Shown: in pieces, positions 1-13,129 of the stretch
Numbering within the stretch: the first letter of the stretch is position 1
Layout: every line of letters starts with the position of its first letter
Assembly (NCBI GenBank): GCA_951406725.2
Contig: OX597832.1
Coordinates: 14,446,001-14,510,000 of the forward strand
Length of the DNA: 64,000 nucleotides
Origin: Octopus vulgaris
Lineage: Eukaryota
Direction: 5' to 3'
Program-made: the position numbers and the translations under genes
Notes under the pieces: model-generated
What the model saw: the letters and a program-made list of their open reading frames with translations, nothing else
Database searches by the model: none
What the model was told of the DNA's origin: nothing

Positions 1-574
1 TCATTACAGTTGTTTCTTTGACCTAATCTCTATAATTTAAATTTGATTTCTTTCGCTCGAATTTTTTATGCGCCTGATTACTTCTGTTCCAACCCTAAAG
101 GTATATAACTGAAATTTTCACATTTCTTCTCCTCGTATACTTGGTAAATTCGAAATAGAAATTCTGAAAATATAACCATATGCAATAAAGCGGTTTCATC
201 CATCATACACAAGAGAGCGTGGTGCAAAATGTATGGAATCCCTAAAATATTTAAAATAATGCATCAAAAGGCTATAGTAATGATTTGTTTCAGATATCAC
301 AAAATGTTATGCATGGCAGGCGAAAACAACAGATTTACACCATATGGAATATGATTATCAACAGACAACGCAGTTATTGCAAACTAAAACGTAATATACA
401 TACATATATACATGCATACATGCGAAGACACACACACGCACACATATATATATACATACATATATACGTAGATATATAGATAAATAGAGAGGGAATTAGA
501 TACACATATAGATAGCTAAATACATAAACAGATAGATAGTCCGATACATGCATACATTCATACATACCTGATGC

Positions 575-888
575 ACAAAAGGGACAGAGACGCTGGAAAT
601 GCAGCAAAATGTGATAATCTATGCAGAGTTGGTGGAGTTCAAACCGAAGATATCACCCACATCATATGAAATTATCCGGAAATTTCATCACGGTGTTGTC
701 TACCGATGAGACAGGATTTTGTAGCTAATGAGTTCCGTCGAAAGGATAATCCTGAGGGGAAAGAAATAAGAACCTAGATAATGGTAGAATACCAAAAGGA
801 ATACTACTGGAATGTACTAGTCAAATCCTCAATGAAATTGAAACACAATAGACCTGATATAATGATCTATGATAAACGACAAGGCTAT
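575..888 (+). mobile_element. Decayed R4/Dong-like (RLE-clade) non-LTR retrotransposon, C-terminal Zn-knuckle and restriction-like endonuclease fragment
   Basis: Manual translation CDNLCRVGGVQTEDITHII*...MRQDFVA...EYYWNVLVKSSMKLKHNRPDIMIYDK resembles the CRxC..ETxxHI..C / RHDxVA / HNRPDI(V)xxDK motifs of RLE LINEs; in-frame stops. Confidence 0.8.
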
Positions 889-898
889 GTAGAGTATA

Positions 899-1067
899 GG
901 CGCAGGCATGACTTTCTGGTAAGAAGCTTGCTTACCAATCAGAGGGTTCTGGTTTCAATATCACTGTGTTTCATTTCAGGCAGGTGTCTTCTAGTATAGC
1001 CTCGATCCCAGGGTATAGTGAGTGGATTTGGTAGACTGAAACTGAAAGAAACCTGTCACACACACAC

Positions 1068-1116
<49 letters not shown>

Positions 1117-1273
1117 TTATGTATTTGCGTAGCTCTTTGTACACCCACCGTAGCTGGACAACCGACGTCGGTGTGTTTATTTCAGTGTACATCAACGGTT
1201 TGGGTTAGGCGACCGATAGAATAAGCACTAGGCTTACAAAGAATATGTCCTTGGGTCGATTTGTTCCACTAAT
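899..1273 (+). mobile_element. tRNA-derived SINE (octopod OK-like) with internal (CA)/(TA) tract, diverged copy
   Basis: Colinear with copies at 17686, 50001, 55892 and 56320 (gagtggatttggtagac.gaaactgaaagaa...gatagaataagtactaggcttacaaagaata). Confidence 0.8.
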
Positions 1274-2571
1274 ATCTCGAGCACAGCCGTCGTCAAGTTA
1301 CTGAGAAAAAAATGAAAATAAGACTCTAAAATTCTAGAAACCATCTGCCCACCTGATTTCCATGTAAAGTTGAACCTCCAAGAAAAAAGCGGTCTCACAT
1401 AGATATAAACAATTTTAGTTACATAGGAAAAGAAAATGTGATATTTCATAGTTAACATTGATACAAGTATTTCTCAATATAATGATTGAACAACATCTAA
1501 CATCACAACACAAATCTGCGTTTTTAACTTCGTTTACAACAAACAAAAATGTCGAGATTTGTATAAAGATGTCAAAGAGAAAGTGATCGTTGATTAGTAA
1601 TTACGGGATGATTTAATCAGTAATATATGAAAGGAATGGAGAATTAATTGACAGTAATGCGTAACAATCACAGCAAGCAATACAAATGCCTAGTAAAAAT
1701 GGTAAATACATTAGGCCAATATATGTCTCTATTGAAGCTGTTTTTGTCATCGAGTACATGATTATGTAATGAAGCATTAGATCAATACGTCAAACAAATA
1801 GCATTAACGTAGACATCAAAGAGCACTTGGAATATTATATTAAACTCTGATTCATGCATCGACTAAAATCTACCTATCAAAAATAAAATCATCGATGAGT
1901 AAATATGAATGATATTATTTTAGTTTTTCTTTGCGATATAATTGCATTTAAACTTGTGTAGTTTATAATACTGATAGACTTCACGTACAAATGTATGGCT
2001 ATTATATATTCATCGAAATATATTATGTGTATATAAGCTTTTAACTCATTGATAATCTCTTTTTTTTTCTTTTTTTTTTTTGGTTTTTGTATTGCAAAAC
2101 ATTATCTCGTAAAATATTGAAGGTAACAACACAAAAATTGTTTCAAACAACCCACCAATAACTATCTGTCTGTCTGCATCTCAGTGTCTGTGTCTATCTG
2201 TCTCTGTCTCTTCTGACTGCCTCTCCCTCTCTCTCTCTTATTCCAAATATCCAATTTTCGCTTTCTTTTCTATAACGAAAAATTTAAGTCAAGCAACAAA
2301 ATTATAACGCCTGTAACGTCATTACATTAAGTCCATTTTAAGGACGTGTGACTAGTTTACTATCTTTGTCACTATCTCAATAAGACATAATTACTTTTCG
2401 GTATATTTAGATTTGCATATTTTCGCACTTCTTACGACACTTATATTTTAGAAGAAATTTCTTCAAATTGAGGTCTTTTTTCGTGCGTAAAAAGTTGAAT
2501 TGTGTAATTTACTTTAACCAAATTTCAGAATCATTAAGTGAATGTAATATGGTAATACAAAATTATATATA

Positions 2572-3105
2572 AGTTAGTTAGTTAGTTAGTTAATTTGGTT
2601 CAAAAGCAAATAGCAAGGCCATGTAGGGGGACATGGGGTTAAGTATAGGGTGGCGTTCATGTAAAGAGTTCAGGCCACTTGAGGTCAAGGGAGGCTTTGA
2701 ACAAAGCGGTCGTCGGCATCTTCACCATCTCGTCTGGCAGCTTGTTCCACGGATCCGCAAGCCGGACGGAGAAAACTCCTCTCCTTCGATTGAGATAAAA
2801 TCGTCGCAGGTAGAGCTTTTCGGAATGACCCCGCAGCCGACGCTCTGGAGCAGGAGTGAATAACAGCTCTTTCGAGAGTTTATACTTTCCGCTTATGATG
2901 TTGTGGGCGAGAATGAGATCACCACGGCGGCGGCGTTTTCCAAGAGAATAAAGGTCGAGCGTCCTCAGCCTTTCTTCATAGGACACATTTTTGAGACCAT
3001 GAACTATGCGGGTGGCCAGCTCCTGGACTCTTTCGAGATGCTGTATGTCTTTGAGGAGATAAGGAGAAGAGGCTTGAATCCCGTACTCCAATATGGGTCT
3101 CAAAG
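2572..3105 (-). mobile_element. 5'-truncated CR1-clade LINE, ORF2 C-terminus plus 3' UTR with (CTAA)n tail
   Basis: ORF 2657-3103: RPILEYG...LERVQ..AT...GL..SYEERL..LDLYSL..RR.RGDLI...RGH..KL...FS.R...WNKLP; (gtta)n at 2572-2592. Confidence 0.9.
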
Positions 3106-3159
3106 CATCGGAAGCTGGAATTCAATCATTGTCTTCGTAGAAAACCTGTGTGATATTTT

Positions 3160-3352
3160 TTCTACTCTAGGCACAAGGCCTGAATTTTTTTTTTTTTTTT
3201 TGATGGATGGTAACAGTCGATTTGATCGGCGCCTGTATGCAACTGGTACTTAATTCATCGGCGCCGAGAGGAAAAGTCGACCTCGGCGGAATTTGAACTC
3301 AAAACGCTAAGCATTTCACTGGGCGTAATAACGTTTCTGCCAGCTCGCCGCC
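3160..3352 (-). mobile_element. tRNA-derived CORE-type SINE (octopod OR-like)
   Basis: Reverse complement begins ggcggcgagctggcagaaacgtt...gagttcaaattccgccgaggtcgac (B box); homologous to 26828 and 29778 copies. Confidence 0.85.
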
Positions 3353-3950
3353 TTCAAAACCTGCGTAATATTTTTACAACATATATCATTCTCGTTATCT
3401 GATTTATACTATACAAATAATGACATTCGCAGTGCTAATGATCGCAAATAATCATACAATGTACATAAATAAAGAAATAGGACAACAACCCTTAGACAGC
3501 AGAGAATAATTACTCTAGAATCAGCCCATCAATATTTTCAACCAATGTGAAACAAAGGTGTTTGCTAATTAATACTCCTCAACGTTGAGGGTATCGGTAT
3601 TGATGGATGTGTAAAATTAGGAAATAAATGAAAAGCTTGAATAATTACGTGCCTTTAAATTAGCCACGATCATTACCTCAGGATTAATTTGTTTCTGTTT
3701 GAACACACGAAATAATATAATTTAAGTGATTTCCAGTTAGAAATGAAAATTCTAATAGTGGGAATTAGAATTACAAACAACGGGGAATGAAATTTGAAAA
3801 TAACCACTAATAAAATTCCAAACTTCATAATGAACCTAAAAGAACTCAGAATATGATAGACACACATTGGCGCACTCGAAGAATACGCATATACATGCAT
3901 ACATTCAAATATATATACATAAATACACATCCATACATACACAAAAACAG

Positions 3951-3994
<44 letters not shown>

Positions 3995-4483
3995 TTATCT
4001 ATTTATTTATACGTATATATGCGTATGTACAGTGAGGTATATATATATATAATAAAAATTAATATAAACAGTCACGCGCAATGTAATACAATAAATGAAA
4101 AGTACTATCGTAATTAAGTGTGACTAGATGTGCCGAAGCACCGACATTGCTAGAAATAAGAGTTAAAATACTCTTAATACTATAGGAAGAGGGCCCAATG
4201 TATACACTTTCTGATATGTGAGACCTAGTCTGGTCGATTCTCGAAACGGTCATTGGGCGGTTACGTCCCTCATCGGGATTCATATACATTTGCCCTTCTT
4301 ACAGAATCAGTAACATTATTTATTTATACATATGTAACATATCTATATTTTTATCCGCCTCTTATTTTGTATCCCTCCCCCCCTCTCTTTCCATTGCAGT
4401 ACACAAGCTTACATACGCAGACATAGTCAAATATCATAATCGAAGGACTTATAAAATGAAAGATAACTATTTATATATGTATC

Positions 4484-4531
<48 letters not shown>

Positions 4532-5029
4532 AGTGAAAAATGTATAAACAACCGACATAACATATACTGAAGGCAAAAACAATCTGTAGACAGTGAATAT
4601 CCGTAATTATTCATCAGTTATCGACTATAGGTGCCCTTCAATTTCGCACCTTTAACGATATGACTGAATGCTTCTCAATTGTCAGTGCACACTAAAGGAA
4701 TTTTTCTTGCGTAGAATTTTGAACAAGAGCAAGCAAGACAAGCAAAACGACACAGAGTGTGGTTTAGGACGTTGCACGGGGACAAACAATCGAACAAGTT
4801 AGGTCCTCGAGGCCAAAAAGAAGAGAATAGTGGGTAATTCTTCGAAAATATTTTGAACGACGGAGAACGGAGAGATAGAATTTACAAGTGGTCAGCTAAG
4901 TAAGTAAAATAGAAACTGGCCGCTGGTCACGTAATAACGGTAAGCAGAGGAAAATGACAGCAGAGAAAGGGACCGACAGAGAGAAGTCGAAGTGGATGAA
5001 GGGAAAGGGAAAATGGTTGGAATACAAGT

Positions 5030-5067
<38 letters not shown>

Positions 5068-5073
<6 letters not shown>

Positions 5074-5646
5074 AACAAGTCAAAATAGAAAATGCTAAAA
5101 TAATTTTATAAAGAACATTTTAGTACCGGTTTCGGTCATTTTGAGACCTTTTCAACTGTAACGATTAAATAATTAAATTTAGAAAAATTAGAAGAAAAGT
5201 TTTTTTAAAGGAATAATTGTATAGTAGTGTTCAAATATAAGTGGCATTCTGCCTTTCTCTGACTCCCTTGTTTGCACTTGTGTGTTCGGGGTCGTTGTGA
5301 ATTCTTGGTAGGGTAGAAGAAGAAGAAGGCCGAAGAGGAGAGGGGGTGGAAACATTTGGGAGTGCCTTGATTGTTGTATTTTGAATGGTCAGTGACTGCT
5401 AGCAGTTGCAGTTCAATTCAGGAGAATATTTCTATTGAGAGATTTGTTTATGGAATTTGCGTAGGTGTTTTACTAAAAAGCATTAGTGATATACAAATAT
5501 TCCTTTAAAAAAACTTTTCTTCTAATTTTTCTAAATTTAATTATTTAATCGTTACCGTTGAAAAGGTCTCAAAATGACCAAAACCGGTACTGAAATGTTC
5601 TTTATAAAATTATTTTAGCATTTTCTATTTTGACTTGTTTTTTCAT
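5068..5646 (-). mobile_element. Fold-back Penelope-like remnant: ~155-bp inverted arms (5068-5222 / 5491-5646) around a GIY-YIG C-terminal relic
   Basis: Arms are near-perfect reverse complements; the spacer on minus reads KHLRKFHKQISQ*KYSPELN (resembles the PLE endonuclease end FIxKYxPxLN); left arm abuts (TA)n. Confidence 0.75.
5121..5158 (-). ncRNA. Minimal type-I hammerhead ribozyme motif, U3:A8 core variant
   Basis: cag-UUGAAAA-ggtc(tcaaaat)gacc-GAAA-ccgg-UA-cta; mirror copy at 5555-5592 (+) has G12 mutated to A. Confidence 0.6.
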
Positions 5647-5708
5647 ATGTATCAACTCGTGTGTTCCTTTTCACCCTTATATATATATATCTATATATAT
5701 ATATACAA

Positions 5709-5740
<32 letters not shown>

Positions 5741-6112
5741 GCATATATATGTGTATATATATATATACATACACATGTACAAACGTACATATACGCAGAC
5801 ACACATGGGCACAAACACACACGTACATAAACGCACAAACACACGTCCATACCTACAGGTACGCACACTACACCTACACAAACCCCACAACGCTCCACAC
5901 ACAAACACACATGCACATATGCATACACATATAGACACAGACACAGACACACACAAACATGCGGACATATACACACAGCACACACTCATACATACACGTA
6001 CACATACATACTTCAAACTACCAGTATCATTCACTGACAATTCATCTTCCCACATGGTTAGGTGGAGACACAACTGGAGCGACTCCTACTATCATTCTTA
6101 CTCTGACCTTAA

Positions 6113-6332
6113 CCAGTTAGTGTTTAAACCTGCCATATCAGGCCAAAATTGTCTTCTTGTTTTATGCACAAACCAGCCAGCTCTGACCTCTCACACCTAC
6201 CCTACAAAGTCATTTTAAAAATAAACAGGGACATCATCAAAATCTCAGAGTTACAAGATGTTGTACAATTAATTTTAAACAATGTGATTAAATGGGCTTT
6301 ACATTTAACAGAGTAATCTGAATGCTAAAGGG
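6113..6332. mobile_element. piggyBac-like MITE
   Basis: Flanked by TTAA on both sides (6109-6112, 6333-6336); imperfect TIRs ccagttagtgttta / tgaatgctaaaggg. Confidence 0.6.
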
Positions 6333-6544
6333 TTAAACGATACTAAGCCCAATCACACACATAGATTAACAGCCACAACCACACACACACAGACACACGT
6401 GCTATCATTACACACACACACACAAACACACAGACCTACGAGCACGCACATAACCACACATACAGACACATACCTCCTTTTCTTGCATTCTCCTGCGTTT
6501 GAAAGTACTTCTTCACCCATTCCCTTCCGGTCTTTCAATATGTG

Positions 6545-6900
<356 letters not shown>

Positions 6901-7210
6901 TCTCTTATTATAAAAGGCAGATTTTATCTGCCTCCCTTTGGGAGTTATACAAATCTACAATATAGGATTTCTTCAATTACAATTTACCTGGCATTTTTGA
7001 GAGTACAATGCATCGCGTCATGCCAGGTCCAGTTTTTAAAATTTAAACTCCAATTAAGCAAAATTTACAGAAAACTCACATTCTGGTGTGTGTGTCAAAT
7101 GCTTTTCTTAGTCTGGTTTACACCACACGCCAACGCACACACACTGGGCAACGAATAAAATGAAAGTAAATAGCGACAGTGATTTGAGGAAGACTAAAGT
7201 GAAAGTATTC
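6901..7210 (+). mobile_element. Possible 5' part of a non-autonomous Helitron-like element
   Basis: Starts a|TCtcttattataaaa, like the 5' end at 8085; no 3' hairpin found. Confidence 0.3.
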
Positions 7211-7359
7211 TGTCTATGACGCTGATAGATATATGAGTAAAATGTATGGGAAGCTAAGAGCTAAGAGTGAGTGAAAATGTTCTTGGAAGAGAGTAATTAG
7301 TAATAAAGTAAACATACACTCATAGATACATACATACATACATACATACATACATACAT

Positions 7360-7398
<39 letters not shown>

Positions 7399-7714
7399 CA
7401 TACACACACACATACATACACACACATACATACATACACACATACATACATACATACATATACATACATACATACATATACATACATACATACACACACA
7501 CACAAACACACACACACAGTATTGAAGCTTGAGAACAATCAGATACATTTGCAACACATCTGTTGAAAATATTATTGTTCACACACATACATATACATAT
7601 ATACATACAGACAGACAGACAGATAGACACACACACACACACACACATGATCCAGCATGGCCACAACCTCAAGGCTGAAACATATAAAAGAATAACAGAA
7701 TATAAATGTGTGCA

Positions 7715-8065
7715 AAGTACAAGAAATATTAATGCAGTATATGGGGATTGGACAATAAGCGTAAGGCAGTGTCAATGGTGGTTCCAGAAATCCCGAGCCA
7801 TAAACTACAGCCTAGAAGACGAGCCTCATCCTGAAAGATCTGTAGAACTCGACAAGGACATCCTGAAAACCCTGGTGGAACAAAATATCATCGTAACTGT
7901 TGAGGAACTAGCAGAGAAGCTTGGATTTGGTCATTCAACCATTCATTGACAACTGTGTGCTATCGGAAAAGTCAGCAAATTGGGTCAATGGGTTCCTCAC
8001 GAACTTTCCGAGTCTAATTGCATGCAGAGAGTGAATGTATGCTTTTCTTTGCTGTCATATCTCAC
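7715..8065 (+). mobile_element. Mariner transposase N-terminal fragment (pseudogene)
   Basis: RNINAVYG...QWWFQK...SLEDEP...VEELAEKLG...STIH*QL..IGKVSKLGQWVPHEL contains the mariner WVPHEL motif. Confidence 0.9.
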
Positions 8066-8084
8066 CACTACTGCGCTATGTATA

Positions 8085-8710
8085 TCTATATATATAAAAC
8101 TGTAGTTGTGTGAGTGTCTGTCCCCTTCGATTTAGATTCCTAACTACTCCCACATTTTGCGGTACAGTTTAACCAAATTCGGGTAGCTTATAGTCGTGAT
8201 TCATATCGAGCCCGTCTGAATATTAGCGCGCGTCTACGATGAGTTCTACGATTTTAAAAATAATTTAACATCATTTTTTATTCCATTTTAATGCATAATT
8301 TTTCGTGTGTCGATGGCGGCGGAGTTGGCGTCCACGCTCACACCTGCACCAATGGGGAAGGGAGTGTAAGGAAATCAACGTCGTAATGCGTTGTCAAGGA
8401 GACCAGTGTTCTTTTAGAACAACGACTTCATGGCTTGAAGACACCAAAACAGAAATGGCTAAGAAAGCGTCTACATGAGTCTACGATTTAAAAAAAAAAT
8501 TACCATCGTTTTTTTTCCATTTTAATGCATTTTTTCGCTATTATATAAGGGAAGTAACTCTCTAAAAATGTCTACGATGAGTCAACGATTTTAAAAAAAA
8601 TTTACCATCATATTTTTTCCATTTTTAATGCATTTTTTGCTATTTTTTGGCTATAACTCTCTAAAAATGCTTATATAGTTATTTCCCTTACAAACCCGAG
8701 CAACGCCGGG

Positions 8711-8715
<5 letters not shown>
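8085..8715 (+). mobile_element. Non-autonomous Helitron-like element with three internal ~65-bp repeats
   Basis: 5' a|TCtatatatataaaa; 3' GC-rich hairpin cccgagcaacgccggg (8695-8710); repeats gtctacgatgagt..acgattttaaaaa..atgcat at 8232, 8469, 8570; terminal CTRR not visible. Confidence 0.6.
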
Positions 8716-8806
<91 letters not shown>

Positions 8807-8944
8807 CATATATATATTATATAGAGGGTACTATTATTCATAGGTACCGCAAGCTAGGAGGGACCTTTGCAGTCAAAACTACTAAAATAAACAAATTTTA
8901 CCGAATGCAAAACTTCAAAGCAAGTCATTTAAAAACAGAATTTA

Positions 8945-9008
8945 GTTACATATCACCTGTGATTTCGCAATCAATGCAGAATATGCATTCTATTCTCTTC
9001 AGTGCAAC
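8945..9008 (-). ncRNA. Type-I hammerhead ribozyme with canonical core
   Basis: gttgca-CUGAAGA-g aatag aatgca(tattc)tgcatt gattg c-GAAA-tca(cagg)tga-UA-tgtaac: 6-bp stem I, stem II hairpin, 4-bp stem III, AUA cleavage triplet. Confidence 0.7.
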
Positions 9009-9039
9009 GAACTCAAGACATGTAAGAAAAAAAAAATAT

Positions 9040-9162
9040 ATTAATTGCTGGTGAAGGCCGAGGCTGGTTTATAGGGTTACCCGGGGTTTCTCGCCAAAAA
9101 TGTACCCATTATGGCGAGAAACCCAGGGTGATCATATAAACAGATATTTACCAATAATTAAT
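9040..9162. repeat. Imperfect palindrome (core ~36-bp arms, 9067-9141)
   Basis: gtttatagggttacccggggtttctcgccaaaaatg-tacc-cattatggcgagaaacccagggtgatcatataaac. Confidence 0.85.
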
Positions 9163-9224
9163 ATGGTCTACTCTACTCTTTGGAGAGTGCGTCTTCGGAT
9201 TTATTTTTTTCTAAAAGACGGTAC

Positions 9225-9287
<63 letters not shown>

Positions 9288-10649
9288 CATATGTACCTAG
9301 AGAGATAGTATGTGGGTGGGTGTGGGTGTGAATGAGAGAAAGAGAGATGGAAAGAGTGTTTGAAGTGTTGTACAGATATCGTAAATTTAGAATAATAAGG
9401 TATTCAGATTGTTAGATAATAAATATATATGTAATTGTATTTCTATTTTTTCTTCCGTTATCGGATTTATCAAGAAATGGTTCAAATTTAGATTTCTTGG
9501 ACATTTGTACAGAATTCTCTGGGGCTTGCCAAGGGACAAGAAAGAAGATAACATTTTTTTTAGAAGTAGGGAGAGGTAAAGAGGCCTGGCTTTTGTATAG
9601 TCAGACTTCTTTGTCTAGTACATAGTGGCTTTTAAGGTGGGGCGAAACAAAAGAAGAGAAAGGAAAAATAATTTTGGAATTCGAATTGCTGAATGTTTTT
9701 ATTGAAAAAACAAATATTGTTTTGGGCTTTTTCTTCAGTAAATATTATAAACGCATTTTTAGGACTTATGTTCTTTAAAGAATAGTAGTATGGATGAGGA
9801 CAACTTTTTCTGATTGAAATTCCAGAAACATTCGCCCACACAGCAATTATATATATATATACACATATACACACACCCTTGACCAATTCAAATACAAAAA
9901 TTATTTTTCATTTCTCTCTTTTTCCTCCCGAACTTATATATATATATATATATATGGGGGGGGGTATTTGTGTATGTGTATAACTATCCAACAATCTAAC
10001 TACATTATTCTAAATCTTTTCGTCTAAGACCAACTCCAAAACAATATAATCTTACTAGAGAACAACCATTTTAAAGTAACATGATTTTCAAAATTCTCTC
10101 AAAAATATCAAACCCACACTATAATATTCCAATTCAGTGCCTTCAAATATAAGTGTACAATTATTTCAATTTCCTAGAATTTCCATGTTTAAATATTTAG
10201 TAACGTTTAACGTAAATGAATATATCTCTTTAGAGAAGTAGCGCTCAACTTAGATGCAAATACTTTAGGGAATAATTTACTATATATTTCTTTTTATTTC
10301 TGACATGTATTGGGTTTTTTATTACTGTTCTTTTTTTGGCCATTGAAACTACACTAAAATTATCATATTATTCCGTTAGCATTGCCGTACCGAAGATATA
10401 CTTTTATTAAAATTATTTATAACTCTTTAAAACTTTCATCTGTAACAATATAAATCTGTTAAGTTTAAAGTAAAATAAAATCTCAGTAGACCATTTTCAG
10501 AAAAGGCACTTAACTTCCAGGAATTGCTAACTGAATATTCTCATATATAATTCATATGAAAGGGAAGAAAATTGTAATAATATGAATCATATTATATACA
10601 TACTTACTATATATATACGATATGTTTATCATATATATATATATAAATG

Positions 10650-10746
<97 letters not shown>

Positions 10747-11526
10747 ATGTATATGTATGTAAAATCCCTTTGAGAATAGTTACGCTAAGAACTAATATCC
10801 AATTGAAGTTTGTTATTTGCAATGCTAAATAGTTTTATTTGATATACATAAAGTGTAGGCACATGAATATACAAGTATATCTCAGTGAAGGGAAATAAAT
10901 AAAGAACTTTAGAAGACTACATCTCCGTTAAAGAAAATGGAATCCGCGACAAGAATATTGCCTTCTAGTATACATTTTAAATGTTTGCGTCGTATGAATA
11001 TCTAAAAGGAGACTTTTTGTTATATGTATACAAAGCTATATCTATAATGCGAGAATGCAGTAAATATATACGTATATTGAATATCAAAAAGGGAAGCACA
11101 ATATAACGTTGTGCTGGAAAGAAGAAAGTACCTCGATGAAGGAAATACATAGTCAAGTGACGGCGCTCAAGAATTTTCATTTCTTTTTAGTGCAGTGCCT
11201 AAGTGTATTCAACGAATAAACAGAGGTATATGTAGATCAGTTTGTGTTATGTTGTTAGAAATACGTACAATCCTATGAAATGATATCGTTTAATAGTTTT
11301 AATGCTGTTTACTTATTCTTGGAAGAAGACAAGATCATTGTATGGGTGGTGAAACCTATTTCTTTGGCACCAATGCCAAACTGGTACATATTGTATCGAA
11401 ATGAAGAGATGATAAGCAAAATTGATATCAGCAGGATTTGAAATAAGATGATAAATGCCGCTAATTCTTTTATCCGATGTGGTAAGGATTCTGCCACCAT
11501 AGTGTCTTATTTAAGATTACCACTTC

Positions 11527-11712
11527 CTAATATATGCACAAGGCCTATAATTTTGGGTTCAGGATAACTGCATCACTGCCTGACCGATTCTAATTATATC
11601 AAACCCGAATGAATGAAAAGCAAAGCCATCCTTTGCAGCATGTGAACTCGGAACATTGAGACAAATGAAATGCTGCAAATTATTTTCTCTTGCGTGCTAA
11701 GAATTTAGCATA
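11527..11712 (-). mobile_element. Highly diverged OR-like SINE
   Basis: gcacaaggcctataatttt...acccgaatgaatgaaaagcaaagc...tgaactcggaac aligns to the 3160 and 26828 copies. Confidence 0.55.
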
Positions 11713-11979
11713 CTCCCCTAATGTTTTAATTAGAACGACTACACAAGCAGCAAAAGCAGTAGCAGCAACAGCAACGATAGTATGGTCAATTAGCCTGGCT
11801 CTTTCTGTTAATGTTGACTGAAAAATCCCAGAGTATAGTGACATTTTAACCTTCAATGACTGCTTCAGGATGACGTTCATAGCATTACGTAGGAGCGCTG
11901 ATTACATAGCGCTTTTTACATATTTTCCAATATAAAAACTGTCCTAACAATCGAGGCGATTGTTGTATTCATTTGGTAT

Positions 11980-13090
11980 CAACACAGGATCAAGATATCC
12001 CTAGAAGAGATTGTCTATTATTTCGTCAAACGTGTCGCATAATCTGCATTTAGGATCAGAACCATTTTGAAGAACGTGAGCATGGTAGATTTTGGTAAGC
12101 AAACTTTGATCTTGTGTCACCACATTAAAAATTCAGTCTGTGTTTCCAGTCCTGAACCTCTCAACCACTAATGTTTTGTTTGTTTGGTGTACATAAACAT
12201 TTCGACTTCGAAGTATATACTGCCCATGCAGAAGCTTCTGTCTCCACCGCTCCTTAATTTGTTTCTGCTTCGTCTTTTTTGCAGTATCTTCGGTCCGTTT
12301 TCATAGTTTTGTTCCAGTGGCTTTAGATTGTCCATCTGTTTCAGTGTTAATGCCAGTTCCCTTGCAAATTTGCATGCTTCCTTGACAATAGAATATGACT
12401 TTTTGCTGCTTTCGTGTTTACACATAAGACACACCATCGAGAACTTTGAGCTAGATAAGTACTTGTTCATTGCTATCATGGATTTCTTATAGCACAGTTC
12501 TTCCTGCATCAATTAGATTTCTTCATTGTTTCTAGGTAGTTACAGACGATCAACGTCTGCATTGAGGCGGTGCATGTTCTTAGATGTTAGTAGTGATTTT
12601 GTCTTCCTATCCAGTCGCTGGAGATCTGTAAGATTCCAGTTAATGATGTTAAAGTTTTATTGAACTACTGGAAGAGCCAGGGTGTTAATGGCTACGATGC
12701 GTGTTTTCAAGTCGAGTTCAGTTTTTAGAATGGGTTTTATTCTCTTGTAATACTCCATTCTTATTTTGTCCTTCATAGTAGCATGGTGTATGCCATTTTT
12801 TTGTTATTTTTCGTTATTAATTTTCTTGTGGGACAGGCTTCTTCATGGTAGGGTCCGTATCTAATTTAATGAAAGCTGTTTGCTTGAGATTGCTTCTTAC
12901 AAAAGTTGCTTTAGCACACTTATGAAAGAAAAAGCTTTCCCGATGTCATTGCTAAACTCTTTAACAGTTGTTAGCAGACCTTACTAGCTTTTCTTCATTT
13001 CTAGCAAACAACTTCCGTTCTCCCATATAAAATAGATTGTTTCTTGTCTAATAAATTTTGTACCCTTACCTTGTGTCATTTAGTGCATTT
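11980..13090 (-). mobile_element. Decayed R4/Dong-like LINE: RT C-terminal half, thumb and Zn-knuckle
   Basis: NLFYMGERKLFA (from YMDDLKL); MKDKIRMEYYKRIKPILKTEL...AINTLALPVV...LDRKTKSLL...DVDRL*LPR; QDQSLLTKIYH...DPKCRLC; many stops and frameshifts. Confidence 0.9.
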
Positions 13091-13129
13091 CAGAGTTGGA
13101 TCAGAGAGGGAGTCAACTTGAAATATGAC

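Noticed and set aside
4190-4280. Possible hammerhead (ctgatatgtgaga...tctcGAAAcggTC with gcccaatg/cattgggc stem)
   Set aside because: The core is not CUGANGA and 20 nt separate stem I from stem II; at best a decayed relative.
8232-8633. CRISPR-like spaced repeats
   Set aside because: Eukaryotic context, ~65-bp degenerate units, irregular spacing, no cas genes; internal repeats of a Helitron-like element.
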